Of a stretch of 64,000 bases of DNA, positions 48,539-60,164 are shown in pieces. The number at the start of each line of letters is the position of its first letter. Position 1 is the first letter of the stretch. The position numbers and the translations under genes are program-made. The notes under the pieces were generated by a model. That model saw only the letters and a list, made by a program, of their open reading frames with translations. It was not told the origin of the DNA and did not search any database. The stretch comes from Candidatus Latescibacterota bacterium (lineage in GTDB: Bacteria; Latescibacterota; UBA2968; SICM01): assembly GCA_965217865.1 (NCBI GenBank), contig CBDCJO010000002.1, forward strand, positions 4,224,001-4,288,000, given 5' to 3'.

Positions 48539-50398
48539 TCATTCGGACCCAATCCGGTTCGTTGCGATTTTTAGGAACTCGTCCCGTACGGATCGCGCCA
48601 GTTCATCCGTTTTTCGCTTTGCCTTTTCCCGTACCTCCGCGTCCAGATTCCCGATGTCTGAATTTAACGAAATGTATAATTTGCACTTAGGCTCAGTTCC
48701 CGATGGACGGATCGCGATCTTCCCCCCCTTCGTATCGCCGTGGGGTCCCAGATGGAAAATCATCAGGTTGTCTCGTGCGAACCGCAATTGTTCAATGGCT
48801 TTTTCTGTCTTAGGATCTTTAATAGGGCCGAAGGGAAAAACGGATCCACGCTCGAGATCGTGTACCTTTTCGGTCCATCGATCTACGATTCGAGTGACCT
48901 CGAACCCTCCGATCCTCGAAGGCGGGTTCTCCCGCAGCACGCGCATCATTGTCCCGATCTCCTCCCCCCCGGACCTCCCCGGGCGAACGTAGCTTTCGAG
49001 GAGATCGGAAAAATAACCAAATCGGCGGTGGACTTGATCAAGCTGCCACCAGATATCTCTTCCCTCCGCTTTCAATCGGGCAGCCATTTCCGCCATCAGT
49101 AACGCAGCGTTTGCACCATCTTTATCCCGGATGTAAGGTCTGCTGAGATATCCGTGACTCTCTTCCGCTCCAAACAGAAACCGATCGGGATCATCAAGGT
49201 GCTTGATGACGCAGCCGATGTATTTGAACCCCACAAGGAGTTCACTCACCCGGCCCACCCCGAAATGAGCCGCGATTCGATCGATCAGGTCCGTTGTCAC
49301 AACCGTCTTTACAACAAGCCCATCACGTTCCAAACGGCCTTGCCTTTGGAGTTCATCAAGCACAAAATAACACAGGAGGGCCCCGATCTGATTGCCGTTC
49401 AGAATGGTCCATTCCCGACCGCCGTCCCCGCCTCGTGGGGCGGCACATCCCAATCGATCCGCGTCCGGGTCCGTCGCAATCGCAAGATCGGCATCCAGGG
49501 ACTCTGCCAGTTCCATGGGCTTTTTCATGGCCGAAGGGACTTCCGGGTTGGGAATTTGATTTTCAACCTCCGGAAAGTCGCCGTTTGGAGATCTCTGCTC
49601 TTCGACGACGTGGACATCCAGGAATCCCGCCATTTCCAGACCTGGCAAAACCGAACTCGCCCCGACCCCGTGGAGTGGGGAGTAAACTAACCGGACCTGG
49701 CGGGAGTGGGTCAGGGTCACACCCGATAGGGCCTTCAGATAAGCCCGGTCGACCTCCTTCCCTATGGTCTTGACGATCCCGCGACGCATTCCTTCTTCGA
49801 ATTCCATCATCGCAATCGGACCAGCACCTGCCTTTTGGACCTCCTCCATGACGACCGCATCGTCCGGCGGAAGGATCTGTTCCCCGTCTTCGGCATAGGC
49901 CTTGAACCCATTGTCCGATGGGGGGTTGTGGGATGCGGATATGACAATCCCCGCTTTGGCTTTAAGGTGCCTGACCGCAAAGGACAGCTCGGGGGTTGCG
50001 CGATGACCTTCAAACAGGAAGACTTGAACCCCCCTGGCCGCTATGGCCTGCGCACTGACCTTCGAAAACTCGGTTGAACCGTGCCTCGTATCGAATGCGA
50101 TAACGATCCCGCTACGCCTTGCCTCCTCCCCCTGATGAGCCACCCAGTTTGCAAGCCCTACCGCGGATTCCGCGATCGTACGATGGTTGATCCGGTTCGG
50201 GCCCAAACCCCGAGGCCCCCGTCTTCCCCCGGTGCCGAACGGGATCGTGGTATAAAACTCATCCTCCAATTCCTTCCAGGCGCTTTGATTGATCCTGGCC
50301 AGGATGTCGGATTTGAATTCGGAAAAAGCCCCGTCTGTCAACCAACGTCGCAAATACCCCATCGCCTCGGGGCTGAGATGCCCCTCCACCTTTAGCAT
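48539..50398 (-). CDS. Phosphoglucomutase/phosphomannomutase
   Basis: FGTGGRRG, SASHNP, DPDADR, EESHG, RPSGTEPK. Confidence 0.93.
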   Translation of the reverse strand: MLKVEGHLSPEAMGYLRRWLTDGAFSEFKSDILARINQSAWKELEDEFYTTIPFGTGGRRGPRGLGPNRINHRTIAESAVGLANWVAHQGEEARRSGIVIAFDTRHGSTEFSKVSAQAIAARGVQVFLFEGHRATPELSFAVRHLKAKAGIVISASHNPPSDNGFKAYAEDGEQILPPDDAVVMEEVQKAGAGPIAMMEFEEGMRRGIVKTIGKEVDRAYLKALSGVTLTHSRQVRLVYSPLHGVGASSVLPGLEMAGFLDVHVVEEQRSPNGDFPEVENQIPNPEVPSAMKKPMELAESLDADLAIATDPDADRLGCAAPRGGDGGREWTILNGNQIGALLCYFVLDELQRQGRLERDGLVVKTVVTTDLIDRIAAHFGVGRVSELLVGFKYIGCVIKHLDDPDRFLFGAEESHGYLSRPYIRDKDGANAALLMAEMAARLKAEGRDIWWQLDQVHRRFGYFSDLLESYVRPGRSGGEEIGTMMRVLRENPPSRIGGFEVTRIVDRWTEKVHDLERGSVFPFGPIKDPKTEKAIEQLRFARDNLMIFHLGPHGDTKGGKIAIRPSGTEPKCKLYISLNSDIGNLDAEVREKAKRKTDELARSVRDEFLKIATNRIGSE

Positions 50399-50408
50399 GG
50401 CTGAAGCC

Positions 50409-51788
50409 TCAGGTTTCACGAGGATCTTCCTCCAAAAGCTTTTCGACCTGGTCGCAGATGGACTTTGCCTCATGTTCGGCCGAAGCCTCTGCAACGATCC
50501 GAATAACCGGCTCTGTGTTGGATGCCCGTACGTGAACCCACGGGCAAGAACGGTACTCTCCCAGGTATAACTTGACGCCGTCTTCCACCGGCTCGACTGG
50601 TTGTCCCGAATACACCATCCGAACCTTTTCCACGAGATGATCGATAACGTCCGCCCGGGCGACGGCAACCTTTCGCTTTTCCATCACATATTTAGGATGG
50701 TCCTCTACGAGGGTCGATATGGCCCCTCCCTGTTCTGCCATCGCCATCAATACCAGGGCCATCCCGACAAGGGCGTCACGCCCCGGGTCGATTTCCTTGA
50801 CGATGACCCCCCCGTTGCCCTCACCGCCCACCACAGCATCCAGCTTGAGCATTTCCTCGACAACATGGACCTCCCCCACCTTTGTGGCCACAAACTTACA
50901 ATTGTATCTTGCGGCAGCGTCCGCGACGATCTGCGATGTCGAAAGCGTTGAAACCACGATTCCCTGTCGTGAGCGCAGGACCTGATCCACGGCGATGGCA
51001 AGGGTATAGTCCTCCCCCGGAGGGATCCCCGCCTCGGTAACGAGGGCCACCCGGTCCCCATCCGGATCGATTGCGAACCCTAAATCAGCGCCACCGCGCA
51101 CTACGGTGCTGCACAAATCTGTCAGGTTCTGGGGTAGGGGTTCGGGATTGTGGGGAAAGGCGCCATCGGGCAGGCAGTGAATCGGAAAGACTTCGCAGTT
51201 CAGTTGTTCCAGAAAGCGAACCCCCGCGATGGATCCGACACCGTTGCACGCGTCGAGCGCGACTCGAAACCTGCGGCGCCTAATCGGGGAGGTATCGAGC
51301 ACCTGAGAAAGCCGCTCGATGTGGAGTTCCAGACCCCTGCGATCGATCTCGATCGTTGTGGTCGCAGTTTGGTCCCGGAAGGTTCCTTTTTGATAAAGAC
51401 CTGAAACCTTCTCGCCTTGTGCCGCGTTCAGGAACACCCCATCGGAGCGAATCATCTTGAGACCGTTCCATTCGATAGGGTTGTGGGAAGCCGTGATCGC
51501 GATACCGCCGCCCGCCTTCAGGGTCGTCACCATGAATTTGATCGTGGGTGTGGGACATAAGCCGAGGTCGATCACGTTGCAACCCGTTGAGCACAGTCCT
51601 GCGAACACCGCGTCACGCATCATATCCCGAGAAGTGCGCGAATCGTTTCCCACCACCACCGTGGCGCCCGGAGGCAGCCATGTCCCGAAGGCCTGGGCAA
51701 ACCGGGTCACGACATCCGGCGTGAGAGACCTTCCCGCGATCCCGCGGATCCCGGAAATTCCGACCATCAAGGTGCTGTCTGCATCCAT
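50409..51788 (-). CDS. glmM: Phosphoglucosamine mutase-family protein
   Basis: ISGIRG, TASHNP, DPDGDR, GGEGNGG, RASNTEP. Confidence 0.8.
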   Translation of the reverse strand: MDADSTLMVGISGIRGIAGRSLTPDVVTRFAQAFGTWLPPGATVVVGNDSRTSRDMMRDAVFAGLCSTGCNVIDLGLCPTPTIKFMVTTLKAGGGIAITASHNPIEWNGLKMIRSDGVFLNAAQGEKVSGLYQKGTFRDQTATTTIEIDRRGLELHIERLSQVLDTSPIRRRRFRVALDACNGVGSIAGVRFLEQLNCEVFPIHCLPDGAFPHNPEPLPQNLTDLCSTVVRGGADLGFAIDPDGDRVALVTEAGIPPGEDYTLAIAVDQVLRSRQGIVVSTLSTSQIVADAAARYNCKFVATKVGEVHVVEEMLKLDAVVGGEGNGGVIVKEIDPGRDALVGMALVLMAMAEQGGAISTLVEDHPKYVMEKRKVAVARADVIDHLVEKVRMVYSGQPVEPVEDGVKLYLGEYRSCPWVHVRASNTEPVIRIVAEASAEHEAKSICDQVEKLLEEDPRET

Positions 51789-51832
51789 GGTGCAAGTCCC
51801 GTGGTCACCTAACAATCTTCACACGCCAATAT

Positions 51833-52627
51833 TCAATCTTCAATCTTCAATATCCTCACCGGATCCCCCCTCCGAATTCCGGAGGATTTGGCCATATCAC
51901 CACGATTAACCGAGATCTCCAGTTCACCCCCGCTCCCGATAATCGCCAGCGGCGAGTCGATTGGGACAGCGTCATAGCTTTCGGAGAGAGCGTTGATCTT
52001 GACGGGTCCGCTCGTGATCTCAACTCCACCGTCCCCCACGAATGAACGATAATCAGGTTCCAACACATTTGTGATCGCGTTTCCGAACCGGTCGATGTGG
52101 ATGATTCGCCCGGTCATGAGTTCTCCTTCTACCGCGGGCTTGAGTCCCGGGAGTTGGACCCACTCGGAGATGGCGGGCCCCAACGCCGAGAGCGATACCC
52201 CTTTCGCCATATGGCCTGCCGCGGGCGCAAACACGTCCCGGCCGTGAAACGTGCGGCTGATCTCCGGGAGGGCATATCCCCTTTCCGAGATCTCCACCAC
52301 CTCCAAAACTCGCTCTCGGACACACGATCGACTGAGAAGGCCATTGTCCGGCCCGACGAATATATGATTATCCGTTCGCACCGCGATGGGAATTCGGCGT
52401 CCGCCTACACCCGGATCCACGACCGCGATGTGAATCGAATCCTTCGGGAACCACCAGAATGCCCGGCTCAGTACAAAGGCACCCTCTTCGACATCCTGAG
52501 GACATATTTCGTGGGTGATGTCAATAATCGTCACCGCCGGTTGAAGGCTCAGGAGGACCCCCTTCATTTCGGCCACATATGCGTCCCGGGTCCCAAAATC
52601 CGTGGTCAACGTAATGACTCGGTTCAC
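51833..52627 (-). CDS. SAM hydroxide adenosyltransferase (DUF62; chlorinase/fluorinase family)
   Basis: ITLTTDFG, VVDPGVG, GPDNG, TFHGRD, DRFGN. Confidence 0.93.
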   Translation of the reverse strand: MNRVITLTTDFGTRDAYVAEMKGVLLSLQPAVTIIDITHEICPQDVEEGAFVLSRAFWWFPKDSIHIAVVDPGVGGRRIPIAVRTDNHIFVGPDNGLLSRSCVRERVLEVVEISERGYALPEISRTFHGRDVFAPAAGHMAKGVSLSALGPAISEWVQLPGLKPAVEGELMTGRIIHIDRFGNAITNVLEPDYRSFVGDGGVEITSGPVKINALSESYDAVPIDSPLAIIGSGGELEISVNRGDMAKSSGIRRGDPVRILKIED

Positions 52628-52697
52628 TTCAAATATCCCTCGCTCTTTGGGTCTCAATAAGCCTCGGTTCCCCGATCCTGATGGAATCTGGTTCCCC

Positions 52698-53396
52698 TCA
52701 GGGGCCATCCAACCGGAAAATTGCTTCGGAATAACCCTTTTGACTTCCGGCTCGGCGAAAGTAAATCATCTCATCGCCGAACAGTTCTTGAAAATCCCTG
52801 AGATTAAGGTCTCCGATCGGATCGGTAATATTGGGCTCCGACCCGCCTGCGAAGCAAGCAATCAAGTATCCCCCTCGTCGCGTAATACGCTTCCATTCTT
52901 TGGCTGTCTTCTGGGGACATTGGGAGTGATCAAAAGAATTCGAGTATACGACCCCGAATTTTTTATCCCACTTTTTAGGCATTTCATCAAAAGAACCCGT
53001 CCAGATATCTGATCTTGCCGCTTTTGGATTAATTTCAACACCGATCACGCTTTTTCGAAAAATGTTATTTGCTTCCGACCTACTCATAGTTTCGAGTTTG
53101 GGCACAACGGACCTGAAAGATTCCTCTCGTATTTCGTTCACCTTTGGAATAAAATGCCAGAATCGCGAACCAAAAAATCCCATCCTGAAGAGATCCACTT
53201 CTCTTCCATTCCTGGTCCCCAGGCACAGAATGGGACCCAAGCCATCCCCCCTGGAACTCATATCCTGATGGATAATTTTTTTATACTTCAGGATGTCGTG
53301 AAAGGATATGCCTGAGTACTCAAATTTGACACTGGAGCGTTTGATCTGTGTCTCAATATATTCTTGTCGGGATTGATTGGCCGGATAAATTTTCAT
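52698..53396 (-). CDS. Class I SAM-dependent methyltransferase-like protein
   Basis: LCLGTRNGRE, GVEIN, YSNSFDH..EWKRITRRGG. Confidence 0.65.
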   Translation of the reverse strand: MKIYPANQSRQEYIETQIKRSSVKFEYSGISFHDILKYKKIIHQDMSSRGDGLGPILCLGTRNGREVDLFRMGFFGSRFWHFIPKVNEIREESFRSVVPKLETMSRSEANNIFRKSVIGVEINPKAARSDIWTGSFDEMPKKWDKKFGVVYSNSFDHSQCPQKTAKEWKRITRRGGYLIACFAGGSEPNITDPIGDLNLRDFQELFGDEMIYFRRAGSQKGYSEAIFRLDGP

Positions 53397-53465
53397 AGAT
53401 AAAATGGGATCTTCCTAGTTTTTGGTGGAAAGCGACGTTCTGCGAGGCGACGCATCCGCGGGAAA

Positions 53466-53574
53466 CGGCCCGTGATTCTTTGGCCCAGCCCAACGGGCTG
53501 GGGTTGAATATGGGCGAATCGAGCGGGCCAACGGTCCGCGATCCGGATCAATCCCACACATACCGTTCATCGTA
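53466..53574 (-). mobile_element. IS200/RAYT-like remnant with REP-like palindromes
   Basis: Minus strand encodes YDERYVWD-stop, typical of a TnpA C-terminus; adjacent CCCAGCCCAACGGGCTGGG. Confidence 0.6.
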
Positions 53575-53585
53575 GGCCACTCCCC

Positions 53586-54311
53586 TCAAAATAGGCCCCG
53601 CTCCTTCAGACTTAAAAAATTCTGCTTCCCGATAATCAGATGGTCCAACACTTCGATGCCCATGATCTTCCCCGCTTTCACCATTCGGTCTGTCAATTCC
53701 AGGTCCTCACGTGAGGGGGTCACGTCTCCGGACGGGTGGTTGTGGACCAGAACCATTGCGGCCGCGACGCTTTCCACCGCCGGCGTGAAAACCTCCCGCG
53801 GATGGACCAGACTGGCGTTCAGGCTCCCCACGGACACATCCTCTCGTTTGAGGACCTGATTCCGGGCGTTGAGCAACAGGACGACAAAATGTTCCTTACG
53901 CCGGTCCCGTAAATCGGCTACCAGCGGGAAGACATCTGCGGGTTTGGATATCGCAGGAAGAACCCCGATCCCCCTGTTAAGAGCCCTTTTTGCCAGTTCG
54001 AACCCGGCGACCAGGACCGAGGCCTTCGCCTTTCCGATGCCCTTGATCTCGGTCAACGATCGTAACGGGCGACTGAGCAGTTGATCGATCGGGGATTTCT
54101 TCAGGATCGTCCGGGCCATCCGAAGCACTTTCCGCCCCTTATATCCAGTCCCAAGCAGAATGGCAAGCAGTTCCTCGTCTTTCAGCCCCTCCGGCCCACG
54201 GACGGACAGCTTCTCCCGGGGAAGGTCGACCTTCGCCAACTCTTGGCATGCATCTCCGCATCTGGCCATAGTGCCCATCGATTCAAATCCCAATTTATGC
54301 ACGATACGCAT
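53586..54311 (-). CDS. radC: RadC/JAB domain protein
   Basis: LPREKL, ELLAILLGTG, VHPREVF, HNHPSGD, LDHLIIG; start uncertain. Confidence 0.95.
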   Translation of the reverse strand: MRIVHKLGFESMGTMARCGDACQELAKVDLPREKLSVRGPEGLKDEELLAILLGTGYKGRKVLRMARTILKKSPIDQLLSRPLRSLTEIKGIGKAKASVLVAGFELAKRALNRGIGVLPAISKPADVFPLVADLRDRRKEHFVVLLLNARNQVLKREDVSVGSLNASLVHPREVFTPAVESVAAAMVLVHNHPSGDVTPSREDLELTDRMVKAGKIMGIEVLDHLIIGKQNFLSLKERGLF

Positions 54312-54550
54312 TCAACGCAAAGTTTTTTGCTGCAAACAGCGTTCCAACCCCAAACCTCGCCCTGAACATTCAGAAACCGAATAACTACAAAGGAAAACTT
54401 TGGTCTCTCTTTGTCCAGCACCTTGGTGCGCCAATAAAATGTATCTAAACTGCCTTTATTTCATGGCACTTCCTGCCTTCGACTGACGGCATCCACGATT
54501 CTCATTCTGTCGGAAGAGATTATCCCGACTTAACCTGAATGAGTCACCAA

Positions 54551-54850
54551 AATCCCCTCCCTGGAGGGGTGCCCCGGCGTGACTTAAGCCGGGGCGGGGT
54601 GGGTCATATCCCATTCTTATCCCCAATTCCGGACGCCATGATGCGCGCCTTCGAGCTTAACATCACCGTCAATAAATCGTAGCCAGAGTCATGTTCTTTC
54701 TCAACCCTCTGGCAAGCTCCTTTAGCCTCCGATTGTATCTGAAGATTTCTCTCCTCACCCCTGAATCCCCTCCAAGGAGTGGACTCCACCAATCCCCTCC
54801 CTGGAGGGGTGCCCCGACGTGACTTAAGCCCAGGCGGGGTGGGTCATATC
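54551..54850. repeat. 60-bp direct repeats flanking a DUF559 gene remnant
   Basis: 54551-54610 vs 54791-54850 (57/60). Between them the minus strand reads YNRRLKELARGLRKNMTLA. Confidence 0.8.
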
Positions 54851-55176
54851 GCGAATTCAGGGGTGCTTTTTGGCCGTAACTCTCAATAAAATAGTGCATT
54901 TTTTTAATTTGGACCGTTTCACGATTCACCACCTGCGATCCCCGTTGGCCTTTTGGCGTTTCACGGGAACAAAAAAATGGCTTGCAGAACTCCACGCAAG
55001 CCAATGTCTTTCGATCGTGGTCGGATTTGAACGCGGCCTATCTCAACTCCCGTTTCTGTTTTTTCCTTCCGGAAACGGCCAACTGTTACTGCTAGTCGTT
55101 TTCTGCAATTCTTTCTCCACCAACTCTTTGCTTTTATGCCACCTGCTCTTCCTGTACCTGCTCCTTGGTGCCCATA

Positions 55177-55983
55177 TTACTTTAGATATTCGTCGATAAT
55201 CCGCTTTAACTCACCACTCCTTCTCATCTCATAAATAACGGCATCCAATTTTTTCACGAAATCAGCCTTGTAAAGGAACTTGTGGTTATCTCTGTCAGTA
55301 TATCCCAGGAATCCTTGTTCTATGGAGATCGTAGCGCCTTCGATAAGTTTTGGAGCCCCGTGGAATTTTCCGCTTTCTTTCAACCGCTTTAATTCCCACA
55401 AAATGGATAGGCGATCATTCATATGGCAATCAATACGTTTTCTGAACAGGTTTCTCAGGTTTTCTACATTTCCCCTGGCCTCCCGCACTTTGATTTTCCC
55501 TTCTCGAACTGCCCTCCAGAATTTATCACCACCGATCTCGAACCCCGAATTGTTGCCGATAGTCAATCCATAATAGTCTTCCGGCCATCTTGGCCTGGGA
55601 TTCTCCAGTATCTCTTTGGTGCAAAACACGACAACTTTCTCATCTAGAATGGGTAACGAGTAAGGCCACATATAGGGTCTTTCTTTCGTGTGGTGATAGG
55701 GCGGGTATAAAGCAAATCCCTCCCCACGTTCCAAATAATTCAAACCCCGTTTCCAGGGAACGGCCTTGATATTTACTTTATAACCGTCCATCCTGGAGAA
55801 CGCTGTTTTAAGGATCTCTGAATAGATTCCCTTTACCGCCCCCCCTTCCTCGTATGAATAAGGTGGAAAATTATTATCGGCATAAACGATAACATCGATA
55901 TCCGCTGCGAAAGTGTTAACGGAAGAAGCTAAAAGAAAAACAAAAATGGCCGAGAATATATTGCACATATAATACTCTGGCAA
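55177..55983 (-). CDS. Periplasmic substrate-binding protein (family 3-like)
   Basis: Signal peptide, FPPYSY, VPWKRGL, SGELKRIIDEYL. Confidence 0.85.
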   Translation of the reverse strand: MPEYYMCNIFSAIFVFLLASSVNTFAADIDVIVYADNNFPPYSYEEGGAVKGIYSEILKTAFSRMDGYKVNIKAVPWKRGLNYLERGEGFALYPPYHHTKERPYMWPYSLPILDEKVVVFCTKEILENPRPRWPEDYYGLTIGNNSGFEIGGDKFWRAVREGKIKVREARGNVENLRNLFRKRIDCHMNDRLSILWELKRLKESGKFHGAPKLIEGATISIEQGFLGYTDRDNHKFLYKADFVKKLDAVIYEMRRSGELKRIIDEYLK

Positions 55984-56017
55984 CCGTTCCGTTTAACAGA
56001 CATGGAACCGATTGTAA

Positions 56018-57368
56018 TTAGAGATCCCCAGGTGATCCCAACTCTCCGACACCGGACCAGTCGGTGGAGACACCCTGGACCATATAATGAGCGGCTCGTC
56101 GAAGGTAAAGCTTGGCGGCCTTGTCTTCAGGGCTATGCTCAATGACGCTGTTGAACTTGACGCTGGCTTCTGCGAACTTCCTTTCGTGATACAGAAATAA
56201 CCCCTCTTCAAAGTCGGGTTTGGTCTTTAGTTTTAACTCCACGATGTTTACCGAATCCCCGTCAAACACTTCATAAACCGACACCGGAACCGTTTTTCCT
56301 TTGACATGGACCTTATCGAGAAATCGATACTTGAATTTATCGGGATCTTCCAAATGCTTCAATGTCTGTTCGCTGATAATTATCGATACCCCATATTCCC
56401 TGGTCAAGGATTCCATCCTGGATGCCAGGTTTACGGCATCGGCGATGACCGTCCCCTGCATCCGCTCTTCTTCTCCTATTATTCCGAGCATCAGGCTGCC
56501 GGTATGCAGGCTGATCCCCACCCCAATCTGTTGAGCATTCGTCCCTTGAAGGCGGCCGCTGTGAGCGGCTACCTCTCGAAGCATATCGATGGCGGCCTGG
56601 AGGGCATATTCGGCTTTCTTAGGAAACAGCGCCATAATCGCATCGCCCATATAGTTGTCTACAAAACCGTGACATTGACGGATGATCGGGCCTACGCGAC
56701 TGAGAAAGGAGTTGAGGAAATTGAAATTCTCCTGCGGGCTCATACGTTCCGATAGGGGAGTAAAATCCCGGATATCCGAAAACATAACGGTCATGGTTTG
56801 CTCGACCTGATCACCCAAACTGACCCCGGTAATGCTCTCTTTTTTGAGGATACTCAGGAATTCCCGTGGAACAAAACGCTCCATAGCCCGGCTTAGTTCA
56901 ACGAACTCGGACGTTCTTTCATCAACCCGCCTTTCCAGCTCAATATTGGCTAACTGTAGCTGACTCTGCAAGCCTGCGTAGAACCAGATGGGTTTCAACG
57001 CGGGCAAGCACCTCTTCAAACTGAAAGGGCTTGGTGACATAGTCCACCCCCCCGGCCATAAACGCTTGAATTTTGTCCGATACCTCGTCCAGTGCGCTGA
57101 TAAAAATGATTGGGATTTCACGCGTTTTCTGCTCCTCCTTCAAATGCCGGCAAACCTCGTAACCGTCCATATCCGGCATATTGATGTCAAGCAGGATCAG
57201 GTCGGGGGTTGCGGACCGTGCCACCGTAAGGGCCATAGGCCCGTTCGACACCCCCCGCACTTTGTATCTCTGCTCGGTCAACATGCTCGATAAAACTCGA
57301 AGATTTGCAAGCGTGTCGTCTACGATCAAAATGTCTCCTTTGGATGCACCTTGTTCTTGGTCACCCAT
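56018..57368 (-). CDS. Response regulator-adenylate/guanylate cyclase, frameshifted near 56972
   Basis: REC (ILIVDD, LLDINMP, TKPF), then RFVP..FSDIRDFT..GDAIMALF..TVIADAVNLASRME in another frame. Confidence 0.85.
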
Positions 57369-57424
57369 AAACGAACTCCTGTTTGAAGGACTCGAACTTC
57401 CTATCTTTCCCACGAATTTTGGAT

Positions 57425-60164
57425 CTATAGCGACTCCTGAACCACCTGCGTGTGTTCAGGATTCATACGGAAGGAAACACCCCAAATATCTTCGTCGAGG
57501 ATCTTATAGATATTGCCGATCTGCACGATCGCGTTCTTAAAGGCCATCCCGCGAACCCTGACCAACGCCCTCTCGAGGTTTTTGGCGCGGTTCTCTCCCA
57601 TCTTTTCCACGTGATACTCCAGGCTGCCTTTGAGTTTTTTCATCTTATCGATCTCTTTGAGCTGGTTGATCAAAAACTTCCGACGCCCCGGAGCCACCCG
57701 GCGGATGGCCGCCATTGGATCTCGCTTCCAGCCCGACCTTCCGATTAATTCCTCCAGGGCGCGCATAGCCCGGCGACTTCGCAGGTCGGAAAAAGCCAGA
57801 CCTTTCCGATACTTCACCAGAGACGCTTCCATCTCTATGTCCACACCGACCACCACCTTTGTCTTCCGCCGGTATCCAGAGCCGATCGAAACGGCGTCGA
57901 TCTCCCACCCCGCCACCATCGACCCCCCCAGCAAGCACAACTGCCGCTTTCCCCCTTCGTTCCCCTGCACCGTCGCCCTCTTCTTAACCTCCACCGTTGA
58001 ATCCTGAACGTTGTTGCGCACGACAAGGTCTCCCCCGACTTTTACCTCCGAGTCCTGGATAAACCGGACGTACAGGTCCCCGCCCGCTTTCACCTTCGCC
58101 CCGATGATACCCCCCTGCACCACCACAGTTCCCTCGGCAGTTACCTGCCCGCCCCGTTCGACGGCTCCCCCCAAATGGACATCCCCCGTCGCTTCCACAC
58201 GGAACCTGCTCTTTACCGTCCCCTTGATCTCTGCGTCCCCTTCTAAATGGAGGTTGCCCGTCTGGTAGCCCACATCCCCCCGGTGCCGGTAGAGGTTCAT
58301 CACTGAGAGGGTGTCTTTCATGACCCGCGGCCAACCTGGGCTCGTGGCGTAGAAAAGCTGGTCGCCGGTTTCTTCCTTGGCGACGACGTTCGGGCCGGGG
58401 GAAAGCCGTTGTGGTTCCTGTTTTGGGGGCTGCACCACACGTCCCCGTACATCCTTGCCGACCTTTCCCGGTATAGGGAGTGTACGCCGTGCAAGCAGCT
58501 CTCCAACCTTCACCTGAGGAACCGCATCCCGCTCCCGAAAATCGATCGATCCGGCTTCCAAGAGTTTTCCGGGATCGGGCCTCTGCTTGAAGAGCAGCTC
58601 TACCCGACCGCTCTGTTCCGGTTCGGGAGGCGTTCCCCGTGACAGCAGCACCGTCTGCGTCCCCAGGACCTCGTCTGTCGGAGGCATTTCAGAAAGTCCC
58701 GCAACGGCCTCCGAGTCCACCCCGTGGCGCACGCGCGCATTCTCCAGGAACCTCTCAATCTCCGCGGTTGTCGGCAACACAGGCTTCTGCCCTTGCGGCA
58801 GTTCGACAAAATGGACCTCCATCTTATCCGGAGATATATGGATCGGTGGAACCACCAGAATATGATCGTCCAACACCCCTGCATATCCAAAAATCTCCGA
58901 TACGAAACGCAAAAGCCCCCCTCGACTTCCCGTCGTACATTGATTCCCGCCTTGTACAATTTCTGCTCCTGTAGATCCTCCGGAAGGGCGACCGACTCTC
59001 CGAAAAAAGGTCCTTACCCGGACCCCTTTCGGCCCCCTCCCCGGCCTGCTCGGCCAGCACCTCCCCCTCGTGCACGGCCTGCACCACAATTTCACAGGCT
59101 GCCACCTTTTCGAATTCCCTCGCCTTCAGCGTCTCCTTGACCTCTTCGAATCGGGCTGGCGGAAGTGGATCGAACCCGAAGATAATCTGCCCCTTCGATA
59201 GCATCGGGGGCTGTCCCCTGGCGATCCGCACGCACGACTCCCGCAGATCGCCCTGTTTCAGATCCGAACACATCTGAGCGATGGCCTCCCGGTCGATCCC
59301 CACGCCGATCTTCAACGCCTTGAGCATTTCCAGGATCTCTTCCGGATCGGGTACCTTACGCTCCCCCAGATGGGGGGGGTTTATAAAATAGGCTTCCAAC
59401 CGGTCCTGAGAGATCCAGATGGGGGAGACCACCGACAAAGAACCTCCGATAACGGAGATATAGCCGAAGGTTTTCGAGGTTATAGATCCAGCCTCGTTCT
59501 CAATGACCCCGACACCGGCCTTCAAGGAACTCGGCTCTTCACCCACAACGGTTCGGACCGGCTTTCCGAAGACATCTCTACCGGGTTCAATCACATCCTC
59601 TCCCTGGACCTCCATCAGCAGGGATCGGGCCGTCACAGCCACTATCGGATGACCGTACCTTCGGATCTGCCCGATATTGATGTAACCCATCACTTCATCG
59701 ATCTCACGTAACACGGAGGAGGCAATGTGCACCGGTTCCCCGGTACCAAGCTGTCGAAGCCCTTCCAGAAAGGGGTATTCCACCTGCTTCCGCTTCAGGT
59801 AGACCGCAGGCTTCCCTTTTGCCGCGGGAATATCCCGCTGATGCCGTCCAGAACTGTCGGCCTGCCCAACCTCCTTTTTCAGGGTTTCCTTCTGAACACC
59901 CCAGATGACCCGCTCCCTTTTAAGTGCCTCCTGCACCTCCGCGAGTTTCGTATCCGGAAAGACCCCCTCCAATTGGGCCTCCATCCGATCCTCGGAGACG
60001 ATCACGCGCAGCCGGCGATGTTGAGGCTCTCCCACCGGAGCTTTCAGATCCGTGGGATCACCTCCATCATCCATGGCCTCTGAGGCCTGATCCAGAAACT
60101 CCTTCAGCCCCTCGTCTCGATCCTTTTCTTCTAGGGAATCGTCCGTGTTTTTCTTTTCAGCCAT
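57425..60164 (-). CDS. FapA/DUF342-family protein with duplicated N-terminal module; two homopolymer frameshifts near 59005 and 58918
   Basis: VSEDRMEA, GSIDFRER..VKVGELLAR..GKDVRG, GDVGYQTGNL..G.V..F.VEA.GDV. Confidence 0.8.

Noticed and set aside
50399-50668. N-terminal extension of the phosphomutase (likewise 27316-27510, 9871-10011, 42081-42248)
   Set aside because: Overlaps neighbouring genes or sites; downstream starts fit the homologous families better.
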